Assembly: GCA_947571775.1 (NCBI GenBank)
Contig: CANOZK010000006.1
Span: 80,281 to 144,280 of the forward strand
Length of the DNA: 64,000 bases
Origin: an uncultured Lachnospiraceae bacterium
GTDB lineage: Bacteria > Bacillota > Clostridia > Lachnospirales > Lachnospiraceae
Reading direction: 5' to 3'
Translations under genes and position numbers: made by a program
Shown here: one piece after another, positions 9,377 through 17,527 of the stretch
Position numbering within the stretch: position 1 is the stretch's first letter
Layout: every line of letters starts with the position of its first letter
Notes under the pieces: model-generated
The model's database searches: none
Told to the model about the DNA's origin: nothing
What the model saw: the letters and a program-made list of their open reading frames with translations, nothing else

Positions 9377-10624
9377 TTACGCCTGAATCGTCTCTGTCCA
9401 TATCCTTTTGCTGGAGGAGTACATCTCCCCGAAGCCCATATCCCTGACTGTAATTTTACAAACGGTTTCTGACTGGCACTCCAGGCATACCCGCAGGCGT
9501 GTGGTTCGATTTGGCCTGGAAGGAAGCCCCGGCAGGGGCATGGAAACCTTTTGTTTATCGTTGGACTGCATCTGACTGATATAGAAGGTAAGCTGATTGG
9601 TATCGTCCAAAATCAGATCGAAAACCGTCCGGCATTCATACCAGTTTTTTCCCGCCTGGATAATCGGATAATAGGCCGGAGAACCCATGATCATCATATC
9701 CATACCGATGTTGTATTTGACGAGCGCATCGCTTAGATAAAGGTATCTGCGAAGCTCTCTGTCTTCTAATTTTTCCTTTGCTGTATAGCAGGCTCCCTTG
9801 GCAAATAAATTATTGCCGTAAAAAACTTTCCTTTGATGCTTGCACAGCAGTTTGATGGAATTGCCCGCCCATTCCTGATGAAACCCGTTGCCCGTGATCA
9901 GAATACTGGAAAACATCCCCCCGCCCAGCGTCTCCTGGACAAATTTGCAAAACTGCGCGTCCCGACTTTCCGCCTCTGCGGGCAACTGGGCGGACACCGG
10001 CTTTTCCAAGGTGACCAGCACCGGCTTTGTGTTGCTTGTCATCGAAAGCTTTCGGAATTTTACCAAGTCCTGGGCAAAGGCATACCATCCGACGCTGCGG
10101 CTCCAGTATTCCGGTTTCTGGCATAAAGTATAATAATAAAAGCTTTCGGAATAGTCCTGCAACATATAGCCGTCTTGCGAAAAGCCGATGTCCTCACAAG
10201 CTTTTTGCAGGTTCTCCACCATGGTCCCGGTCAGCCGCTCCACCGTGATCACCAGGCATTTCGTGTGTTTTACCGGCTCCACCGTCCCCATAGACTTTAG
10301 CACCTTGTCCAAAAAGATCCCCATTAGCTCCCACGGCTGCATCTCCTCAATGCCAACCTGAACGCTTTCGGTGCTTTTGCAGATCTCATAGAGGCCTTCC
10401 ACCAGGATACCTTCCTGTTCTTTTGCGCAATCAACGGCCTCCAGGCCGAAATACCAGACATTCTGCTCCATACTCTTGCACATGCAAGTGGGAAATTCAT
10501 ACTGGCTGGTTCCGACCTTCATAGACAAGGATACCGGCTCCTTGGCTTTTCGGTCGTAATAACAAAGCTGTGATTCTGTTTTCCCAAAATCAATTCCTAT
10601 CAGAATATCCCTAATTTCATTCAT
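9377..10624 (-). CDS. divergent Hsp70/actin-fold (ASKHA-like) protein, function unknown (operon gene 2)
   Basis: I chose the start at ATG 10624 (MNEIRDILIGIDFGKT...), which overlaps the TGA of the upstream ORF (ATGAATGA). The track ORF begins 13 codons earlier. IGIDFGKT and CLVITVERLTGTMVENLQKACEDIGF align by eye with the DnaK phosphate-1 motif and its AVITVPAYFND..R.ATKDAG.IAGL segment. Confidence 0.7.
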   Translation of the reverse strand: MNEIRDILIGIDFGKTESQLCYYDRKAKEPVSLSMKVGTSQYEFPTCMCKSMEQNVWYFGLEAVDCAKEQEGILVEGLYEICKSTESVQVGIEEMQPWELMGIFLDKVLKSMGTVEPVKHTKCLVITVERLTGTMVENLQKACEDIGFSQDGYMLQDYSESFYYYTLCQKPEYWSRSVGWYAFAQDLVKFRKLSMTSNTKPVLVTLEKPVSAQLPAEAESRDAQFCKFVQETLGGGMFSSILITGNGFHQEWAGNSIKLLCKHQRKVFYGNNLFAKGACYTAKEKLEDRELRRYLYLSDALVKYNIGMDMMIMGSPAYYPIIQAGKNWYECRTVFDLILDDTNQLTFYISQMQSNDKQKVSMPLPGLPSRPNRTTRLRVCLECQSETVCKITVRDMGFGEMYSSSKRIWTETIQA

Positions 10625-13600
10625 AAACCGTTCCTTCTTCAATAGGGAACATACTTTCCACAAATTTTTCCTGTTCCAGATATTGCTTGATTTTTTCTTT
10701 TACCGCTTCTGCCCTGCCCAGCTTCTTCGCCGCCAGCATCTCATTGAGCATCTGGTATTTCGTCTCTTGATCCTGAGGGGCCATGGATTTGGTAAATGTT
10801 CGTTCGCTGGTCTTTTTTACCGTTCCGTCCAGCTCTATCGTGAAATAATAATGGATAGATTCGCCGTAAAAAAGAGTGAACGTCCGCCCATGTATCCCCT
10901 GAAACAGATCCGGCAAGGGTTCCTGATGATATTCCAGATCGTCTCCCACACCATTGTCCAAAGCGTAATGGATGGTCACTTCCGCTCGCGGGCTGGTGGC
11001 ATATTCCACAAACACCTTATCATCCCACTGATACGCGCCCAGCAGATTCTTAGGCAGCTTCCGAAAAAAGGCGAAGGTGAGATTTCTGTGGTAGCATTCC
11101 GCCAGCAGGCTTTTGACCTGCTCAAACTGATTCCCGTTCCATTTCTTTTTTTTGCAAAGCCAAGCCAGCAAAGCCAGACGGCACACCAGGGGCAACGGCC
11201 ACTCGCGCTCATAGGCAGCCGCCAGGCACCCGGCCGCATAATCCGGCATAGGCTTTTTGTGTATAAAATATTCATAAGAAAGAAAGGTCAGATAATCCCG
11301 GACTAATTGCTCGTTTCCTTTTTCTCGGACATAATGCTCCAACACCTGGCTGCCCTCCCAGAAAGAATCCCGCACAAAGATACTGACTGCCAGAATCTCC
11401 TCTTCCAACAGATAAGTATCTAACTGAAAATCCCTGGCGCACACCCAGAGCTGGTACAGCTCTGACACCGGGCCAACATAATACATCATCAGATATTCCA
11501 GAATCACCCCGTCATATTTCCCGCTCTGGAACACCGAAAACGCCAGCGCCAAAAGATCCTCATCCTCCTCAAATTCCTGATGGAGAATCCATCGGCTGCA
11601 CAGTTTGATCAGCGATTCCAGACATAGGCCCTCCAGACCGTACGCACAATAAATCTGCCAGGCTTTTTCATAGAATCTGTGGGCAATCAGCATTTCCGAC
11701 AAATGCACTTTATCTACATTCACATACTCCTCCACATCCAGAGAAGCCAGAAATCCCTCCGTTAGAAAAACCTCTTCCAGTGATTGGTAATAATCCAGCA
11801 GAGCTTTGCGGATCTGATTGCGGTATTCCAAAGTAAAGGCTTCGGATTGGGTAATCCGGCGGAAAACTTCGATATTGTTTTTTTGCAGCCCGCCCTGGCC
11901 GCCGCACTGATTCAGCAGAAAGCCCGGATGGGAAACATGTTCTGGATTTCCCTGGCCGCAGGCTTCCAGCATCTCTTTGTCAAAAAGTTTTTGCAGATTG
12001 TAGTCGATGGTGGCCTCATAGCGGCGTTTTTTTTCATCCTGAAACAGAATTACCGCGTCCTCTCTGTAAATCTTAGGATAGGCCAGGCCGTTGACACAGG
12101 GATACGATTCTTCCTCCTGCAAAGGGGCGTGCCGGATAATCACATACCGGATATCTGGACGGTCGCAGTACAGGCGGTGCGTAAATACAATTTTCTGCAA
12201 ATCCTCTTCTTCCAGCACATCCATACAGTCATGATACAGGACGGCATACGTCTCATCCATCGCCCCGCCGCGCAGCTTGCGCTTGCTGAAATCTTCCATA
12301 ATCTTGCGGTAGCCGGCGTAAGACTGGGGATCTTCTTCCCGGTGCCGGATAATATTGGCGTATAATAGCGCTTTCTTGTTATCGCTCAGCGTGTTGTTAT
12401 AGAGAAAATAAATCCGCAGATTCTTTGGCAGCAGCCGGGGATAATCCGCATCCACCGTATCCATGTAATACTCAAACAGGCTGGTAATCCGCAGGTTTTC
12501 CTCCACAGCCCTGGCAAACCAAGGGAAAAACCGTTTTTTTCTGGGACGGCCTTTCATAATCAGTTTGCAGATAGCTTCTAAAATGTCTTGTTTTGGATAG
12601 ACCTCATACAGATGAACCAAAAGCTGGAACAGGCAAGGTTCAAACCCTTTGCGGTAACCGCTCAGATAGGCGATCCGAACAGCCAGTTCTTCCCCAATTC
12701 GCTTATTTTTAGCCGCAAACAGCAGCACCTGGATCCAGAAGCCATTCAGATGGGGAAGCATACTGATATCTTTTTCCACCATGGAAAATGTTTCCAGATA
12801 CAGAAGCGGGCTTCGGCTCCCATAGTCATACTGTTCTTCCATCATATACAGAGTCTTTGCCGTGGATAACAACAGTTCGTCGTCCAACTGAGAAAGAACC
12901 CAAAATAACAGGAAACTGTTGGGCCTCTGCCGATACAGCAGACGCAGCTTTTGTACCACTTTGCTCCGGTCTTTGAGCAAATCCACCAAATGGCAGGCAT
13001 AGAGATATACGCCCGCCAATTCCAGATCGTCCGCGGTGAAATTTTTATCCTGATATTTCAGAAGAATCTCCTGGGCCAGTTTCGGCTCGTCGTTCATATA
13101 ATAAACATATGCTTTATAAACCTGGTAAATCGCATAATCACAACCGGCCTCTTCCATCTGCTCTAGCGTCTCGATACTGTTATTTGCCCAGATCTTATAA
13201 TCCTGCTGATGAAGACGGAATTTCAGATAACTCCGGTACAGTTTTAGCTTTTGTTTCTTCTCATAGATATCCATGTCCACCTGGATTTCAGGATTCTGGG
13301 AGGCTGTCACATGGTAATCTATGCTTTGATAAGCGTCTTTTACCCGGATTTTTCCGAATTTTTTTCCTTTGCCCAGACTATCGGCTTCCATCCGGTATTC
13401 CAGATGAAACGAACTGCCGATAAAATCCTCGTCCGTAACCACCTGCTTATCCACCTGGATAAAGTCTCCAATGACCTCGATTTCCAACCGCAGATGTCCC
13501 CACCCGCTCCTTTTGATTAGAAAAGATTCCTGCACCGTCTCCGTTACCTGGTAATGCTCGGCTGCGCTTTCTCCCAGCGAAACCGATACGGATTCTTTTT

Positions 13601-14159
13601 CCCCGATTCCAATCAGAAATTCCTCCAAATGCTGATAGGTCACCGGATTCTGGGACATTCCCTCGTAAAGCGTGCGTTCTCTCCCCTCCCGGATGCCTGC
13701 AATCTCTGGAAAAGCGGGATCGGTAAATAACCGGAACGCCTCCCGGAAGTTGCTACGGGCTAACTTTACAAAATCCTCCATGCCGCGGATGCGTCCCACC
13801 GAGGACTGGGGCTGGTTCGCCTGGACTTGGATAAAAAAGGGAATCCGATACTCTCCCAGATTCGTCAGAAGCTGCAGTTCCCCCTGAAAGCTGTCGTCGG
13901 GCCTTAGCCCATCTGCATCAATTCCATAGGGAATCTGAATGGCTGTGCCGGAAAACCGTTCAAGCCCAGGCACAAAACGCCGATGGGAGGAAACGGCAAA
14001 TCCGCGGATCTTTGTATCGTCTTGTGTTCCCACATAAAGAACTCCCTGGGTGTTCACTTCTTTGGGAACTGTCAAACGTATCTCTTCCTGGGAAAATATC
14101 AGTTTCGGGACTTCGTATTCAAATTTATCGCTGTGTAATTGCTCGATTCGTATTTTCAC
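10617..14159 (-). CDS. large hypothetical protein (1180 aa): beta-rich modules plus a long helical-repeat region (operon gene 1)
   Basis: GTG start at 14159 with RBS AGGAGA 5 nt upstream. The ORF is uninterrupted for 3.5 kb. I see no signal peptide, TM or catalytic motif. Beta-strand-like alternation occurs at the N-terminus (two modules), near residues 640-720, and at the C-terminus (VTIHYALDNG...IHYYFTIELDG). The rest is Leu/Tyr/Glu-rich and looks helical. Confidence 0.75.
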   Translation of the reverse strand: MKIRIEQLHSDKFEYEVPKLIFSQEEIRLTVPKEVNTQGVLYVGTQDDTKIRGFAVSSHRRFVPGLERFSGTAIQIPYGIDADGLRPDDSFQGELQLLTNLGEYRIPFFIQVQANQPQSSVGRIRGMEDFVKLARSNFREAFRLFTDPAFPEIAGIREGRERTLYEGMSQNPVTYQHLEEFLIGIGEKESVSVSLGESAAEHYQVTETVQESFLIKRSGWGHLRLEIEVIGDFIQVDKQVVTDEDFIGSSFHLEYRMEADSLGKGKKFGKIRVKDAYQSIDYHVTASQNPEIQVDMDIYEKKQKLKLYRSYLKFRLHQQDYKIWANNSIETLEQMEEAGCDYAIYQVYKAYVYYMNDEPKLAQEILLKYQDKNFTADDLELAGVYLYACHLVDLLKDRSKVVQKLRLLYRQRPNSFLLFWVLSQLDDELLLSTAKTLYMMEEQYDYGSRSPLLYLETFSMVEKDISMLPHLNGFWIQVLLFAAKNKRIGEELAVRIAYLSGYRKGFEPCLFQLLVHLYEVYPKQDILEAICKLIMKGRPRKKRFFPWFARAVEENLRITSLFEYYMDTVDADYPRLLPKNLRIYFLYNNTLSDNKKALLYANIIRHREEDPQSYAGYRKIMEDFSKRKLRGGAMDETYAVLYHDCMDVLEEEDLQKIVFTHRLYCDRPDIRYVIIRHAPLQEEESYPCVNGLAYPKIYREDAVILFQDEKKRRYEATIDYNLQKLFDKEMLEACGQGNPEHVSHPGFLLNQCGGQGGLQKNNIEVFRRITQSEAFTLEYRNQIRKALLDYYQSLEEVFLTEGFLASLDVEEYVNVDKVHLSEMLIAHRFYEKAWQIYCAYGLEGLCLESLIKLCSRWILHQEFEEDEDLLALAFSVFQSGKYDGVILEYLMMYYVGPVSELYQLWVCARDFQLDTYLLEEEILAVSIFVRDSFWEGSQVLEHYVREKGNEQLVRDYLTFLSYEYFIHKKPMPDYAAGCLAAAYEREWPLPLVCRLALLAWLCKKKKWNGNQFEQVKSLLAECYHRNLTFAFFRKLPKNLLGAYQWDDKVFVEYATSPRAEVTIHYALDNGVGDDLEYHQEPLPDLFQGIHGRTFTLFYGESIHYYFTIELDGTVKKTSERTFTKSMAPQDQETKYQMLNEMLAAKKLGRAEAVKEKIKQYLEQEKFVESMFPIEEGTVYE

Positions 14160-14209
14160 AAGTGTCTCCTACCGTTACTGGTCACTCATAAACAGTAACC
14201 TCCTGCCTC

Positions 14210-14239
14210 TTGACTTCTTATCTTCTGTCTTACTATAAT
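14210..14239 (+). promoter_or_regulatory. candidate sigma-A promoter of the cobD-like gene
   Basis: TTGACT (14210-14215), 18 nt, TATAAT (14234-14239), 33 nt upstream of ATG 14273. Confidence 0.45.
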
Positions 14240-14241
14240 GG

Positions 14242-14270
14242 ATTATACAAGAAAAAGAAAGGAGTCGCAA
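14242..14270 (-). promoter_or_regulatory. candidate sigma-A promoter of the three-gene operon
   Basis: The minus strand reads TTGCGA (14265-14270), 17 nt, TATAAT (14242-14247). It is back-to-back with the plus-strand promoter and would give a leader of about 75 nt. Confidence 0.4.
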
Positions 14271-14272
14271 GC

Positions 14273-15370
14273 ATGATTAAACATAAAGACCACTTTCACG
14301 GCAGCGATTTGGAAGAAATTGAGAAATGCTTTGGCATAAAAAAAGAAAAAATTACCAGCTTTAGCGCGAATGTGAATCCCCTGGGAATTTCCACCCGCTT
14401 GCGCACCGCACTGGGGAAACAGCTCGACGCCATCACCCGCTATCCAGACCGAGAATACGCCAAACTGCGCCAATGCATCTCAGCCTATACCGGCGCGCAG
14501 ATGGAAAATATCATTATGGGAAACGGCTCCACAGAACTGATTTCCCTTTTTATCCAGGTCAACCACCCCAGAAAGGCATTGATTCTGGGCCCCACCTATT
14601 CGGAGTACGAACGGGATATCAATCTGGGCGGGGGAAGCTGTATGTATTATCCCTTAAAAGAAAAAAAGGATTTCCAGCCCGATGTGGACGACTTGTGCCA
14701 GGAACTTCACGATGGATTGGATCTGCTGGTCATCTGCAACCCCAACAACCCCACCTCCACCGCCATTACTACCGCGCAGATGCGCCGCATTCTGGACGCC
14801 TGCCTTCAATTCGGCATCTTTGTAATGGTGGATGAAACTTATGTAGAATTTGCCCCCAACGAGACACAGATCACCTCGGTAAAGCTGACCAATTATTACA
14901 CCAACTTAATCATTCTGCGGGGAACCTCCAAATTCTTTGCCGCCCCCGGCCTGCGCTTAGGGTACGCCATCACGGGAAATTTTGATCTGATTTCGGAAAT
15001 CAATCTGCGAAAAGATCCCTGGACCATCAACAGTCTGGCGGAGATTGCCGGCCAGATCATGTTCCAGGACCAGGAATACATCCAGGCGACCAAAGATTTG
15101 ATCGACAAAGAGAGAGAAAGAATCTTTCAGATATTATCCGGCTGGGATTCTGTCAAAGTTTACCCTCCCCAGGGAAACTTTATCCTGATGCGGATTCTGC
15201 GGGAAGATATCGACGCACAGATGCTCTTTGAACACTGCATCAAAAAAGGACTGATGATCCGGGACTGCTCCACCTTCCCATTTCTGGATTCCCAGTATAT
15301 CCGATTCTGTATGATGCTGCCCGAACAAAATGATGCTCTGATCGATGCTTTTTTTGAGAAATTAAAATAA
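14273..15370 (+). CDS. class I/II PLP-dependent aminotransferase family; threonine-phosphate decarboxylase (CobD)-like or histidinol-phosphate aminotransferase-like
   Basis: The start is moved to ATG 14273 (RBS AAAGGAG 8 nt upstream). The motifs HGSDL...FSANVNPLG, NPNNPTS and SKFFAAPGLRLGY (PLP lysine region) fit this family. The specific CobD assignment is tentative. Confidence 0.7.
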   Translation: MIKHKDHFHGSDLEEIEKCFGIKKEKITSFSANVNPLGISTRLRTALGKQLDAITRYPDREYAKLRQCISAYTGAQMENIIMGNGSTELISLFIQVNHPRKALILGPTYSEYERDINLGGGSCMYYPLKEKKDFQPDVDDLCQELHDGLDLLVICNPNNPTSTAITTAQMRRILDACLQFGIFVMVDETYVEFAPNETQITSVKLTNYYTNLIILRGTSKFFAAPGLRLGYAITGNFDLISEINLRKDPWTINSLAEIAGQIMFQDQEYIQATKDLIDKERERIFQILSGWDSVKVYPPQGNFILMRILREDIDAQMLFEHCIKKGLMIRDCSTFPFLDSQYIRFCMMLPEQNDALIDAFFEKLK

Positions 15371-15399
15371 GTACGCAACGATAATCGGAGGTAATAAAA

Positions 15400-16110
15400 A
15401 TGAAAGACTCTATCGTTTTTTCCACGTTCCATCCAGAGGAAAACACAAGCAATACGATAATCCTTTCCTGCCACACAGTCCGAAAAGAGCTGGAACATGC
15501 AATGCAGGCTGTGGGCACAAATTTTCCGGTCGCCTATCTGGAATCCAAACTCCACGACACGCCTGAACAATTAAGAAAAGTATTGCAGGAACAGATCGAT
15601 ACCGCAGGCAAAAGCGGCGTCCGCCGCATCCTTTTGGGATATGCCACCTGCGGAAATTCTGTGGCAGGACTGCGAACAGGTTCTTGCGAACTGATTCTCC
15701 CCCGGACAGACGACTGCGTTACTTTTTTTCTGGGTTCCATGGACAGACGACGGAAAATGCCTGCCGGAACTTTTTATGTAACTCATGGCTGGCTTTACGA
15801 TGAAGGCCATGGACAAAGCTATTATCAGGAAATCTTGGAAAAATACGGAGAAGAAACCGGCCAAGAGATTTATGAAATGATGATGGAACATTATCAGGAT
15901 GTAGGCGTTTTGGACACACACTGTTATGAAATGGAACAGCTAAAAAAGGACGCCCACGCGTTCGCCGACTGCCTGGGACTGGGTTACACGGAAATAGACG
16001 CCTCCAACAGCTATCTGGAACAGCTGCTGACTGGCCCATGGGAAAAAGAACGTTTTTTTATATTTGGTCCCGATCACTGCATTACAGAAGAGGAACTCTT
16101 TCTGCCCTGA
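15400..16110 (+). CDS. DUF1638-like protein (family often found near corrinoid-dependent genes)
   Basis: 236 aa. The motifs ILSCHTVRKELEHAM, LLGYATCGNS and PRTDDCVTFFLGS resemble what I recall of DUF1638. This call is by recollection only. Confidence 0.5.
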   Translation: MKDSIVFSTFHPEENTSNTIILSCHTVRKELEHAMQAVGTNFPVAYLESKLHDTPEQLRKVLQEQIDTAGKSGVRRILLGYATCGNSVAGLRTGSCELILPRTDDCVTFFLGSMDRRRKMPAGTFYVTHGWLYDEGHGQSYYQEILEKYGEETGQEIYEMMMEHYQDVGVLDTHCYEMEQLKKDAHAFADCLGLGYTEIDASNSYLEQLLTGPWEKERFFIFGPDHCITEEELFLP

Positions 16111-16127
16111 CGGCTCCAGAAAGCAAA

Positions 16128-16174
16128 TTGCAAAGTGTACAGTGCTGCTTATACAGAATTTGTACACTTTGCAA
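16128..16174. terminator. hairpin between convergent genes (candidate bidirectional terminator)
   Basis: A perfect 14-bp inverted repeat, TTGCAAAGTGTACA (16128-16141) and TGTACACTTTGCAA (16161-16174), with a 19-nt loop. The T-rich flank is mainly on the minus-strand side. Confidence 0.5.
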
Positions 16175-16178
16175 AAAT

Positions 16179-16583
16179 TTAAATATCCTCCAGATTTCCT
16201 CCATAGTATCTGAGAAGTTCTTCCCTCACACACTGAAAAGCTGGAATATATTCTGTTAAAATCGTCTGTACCAGCCGTTTTGCCGCCTCTCCACTGTAAA
16301 TATGAGTCACATCGTTTCTGTCTTTTAACATGGAAAGCCAAACCGTCTCATCCAAAAAATTATAAACAGAGAATGCCGCTTTGATGATTGCTCTGGGGGA
16401 ACCGGTAGCGGCTACTGCTTTTCCCTCATACCGCAGCAGTTCTTTTAAGACCTTCCACGACAATTCAAACTGAACAAAAAACTTATCAATAATGCCGCTT
16501 ATAATAAATTCATTATCCAAATCTTCTTTGTCTGCCCGCAGCAAAACATCCAAATTGGAAGAAAAATTATCAAACTTTTTCAT
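16179..16583 (-). CDS. HEPN-domain protein, HI0074-type nucleotidyltransferase substrate-binding protein (putative toxin)
   Basis: 134 aa with the Rx4H HEPN motif RNDVTH and the FELSWK.LKELL helix typical of the HI0074 family. There is a 4-nt ATGA overlap with the upstream MNT gene. Confidence 0.8.
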   Translation of the reverse strand: MKKFDNFSSNLDVLLRADKEDLDNEFIISGIIDKFFVQFELSWKVLKELLRYEGKAVAATGSPRAIIKAAFSVYNFLDETVWLSMLKDRNDVTHIYSGEAAKRLVQTILTEYIPAFQCVREELLRYYGGNLEDI

Positions 16584-16885
16584 TTTCTGTAAATTACAAT
16601 TCCTTCTTTTTGTATCGATTCCGCCAATTCCTTTTGAATCGGCTTATTCAAATCCACGACGTCATATTCCAGAAGTGTCTGTGTTTTCTCATCTACATCC
16701 AACGCAAAGTGCAGAACATCGCCTCCCAGAACAGCTAAATCGATGTCACTGGCGCGCTGAAAATCGCCCCGCGCCCGCGATCCGAACAAAAACACTTTTT
16801 TTAAATCGTATTTTTCTGCCAATTGACGGATTTCATCCAATACCACATCACGGATGCCAAAATCAGCCGCGCACTTTTCTGTCAT
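16580..16885 (-). CDS. minimal nucleotidyltransferase (MNT, HI0073-type; putative antitoxin)
   Basis: 101 aa with the pol-beta NTase signature LFGSRARGD....SDIDLAV. Confidence 0.85.
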   Translation of the reverse strand: MTEKCAADFGIRDVVLDEIRQLAEKYDLKKVFLFGSRARGDFQRASDIDLAVLGGDVLHFALDVDEKTQTLLEYDVVDLNKPIQKELAESIQKEGIVIYRK

Positions 16886-16897
16886 AGCTGCGTTCCT

Positions 16898-17515
16898 CTA
16901 AAACCGCACTTTTATATAGGACAGAATTTCCTCCACGCATTTCTCAAAACCCAATTTACTGCTGTTTAAACAAAGATCGTAATTTCTGGCGTCGGTCCAT
17001 TCCCGTCCGGTATAATGTTTATAAAACTGCGCCCGGTATTTGTCCGTCTTAGCGATGAATTTTTTCATCTCGTCCTCGGTCATGCTGTTTTGCTCCATGG
17101 CCCGTGCCAGGTTGAATTCTTCTGAGCCATGGACAAAAACGCTGACCACATTGGGATAGTCCTTCAGGACAAAGTCTGCCGCGCGCCCGATGATTACACA
17201 GCCCTGTGTGTCTGCCAGATGCTTGATTACTTCGGCCTGGTAATTGAACAGGTTTTTTGCAGAGACAAAGTCGCTGCTTGACGGAGGAATCAGCTCTCCT
17301 GTGTAGATGTCTGTGGTCATGCGCTGGAACAGGCTATTTCTTAATTTTTCATCAAACTGCATAAATAGCTGCTCGCTGATCCCGCTCTTTTCTGAGGCCA
17401 TTTTCAGAATATCCCGGCTATACCAGGGAATTCCCAGCTTATTTGCCAGCATCTTTCCCACAGTTTTGCCGCCGCTTCCATACTGCCTTGCAATGGTAAT
17501 TACTACACGCTCCAT
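16898..17515 (-). CDS. cytidylate kinase-like family P-loop protein
   Basis: 205 aa with the N-terminal ITIARQYGSGGKTVGKMLA P-loop typical of this clostridial family. Confidence 0.65.
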   Translation of the reverse strand: MERVVITIARQYGSGGKTVGKMLANKLGIPWYSRDILKMASEKSGISEQLFMQFDEKLRNSLFQRMTTDIYTGELIPPSSSDFVSAKNLFNYQAEVIKHLADTQGCVIIGRAADFVLKDYPNVVSVFVHGSEEFNLARAMEQNSMTEDEMKKFIAKTDKYRAQFYKHYTGREWTDARNYDLCLNSSKLGFEKCVEEILSYIKVRF

Positions 17516-17527
17516 ATACCTGCCCTC

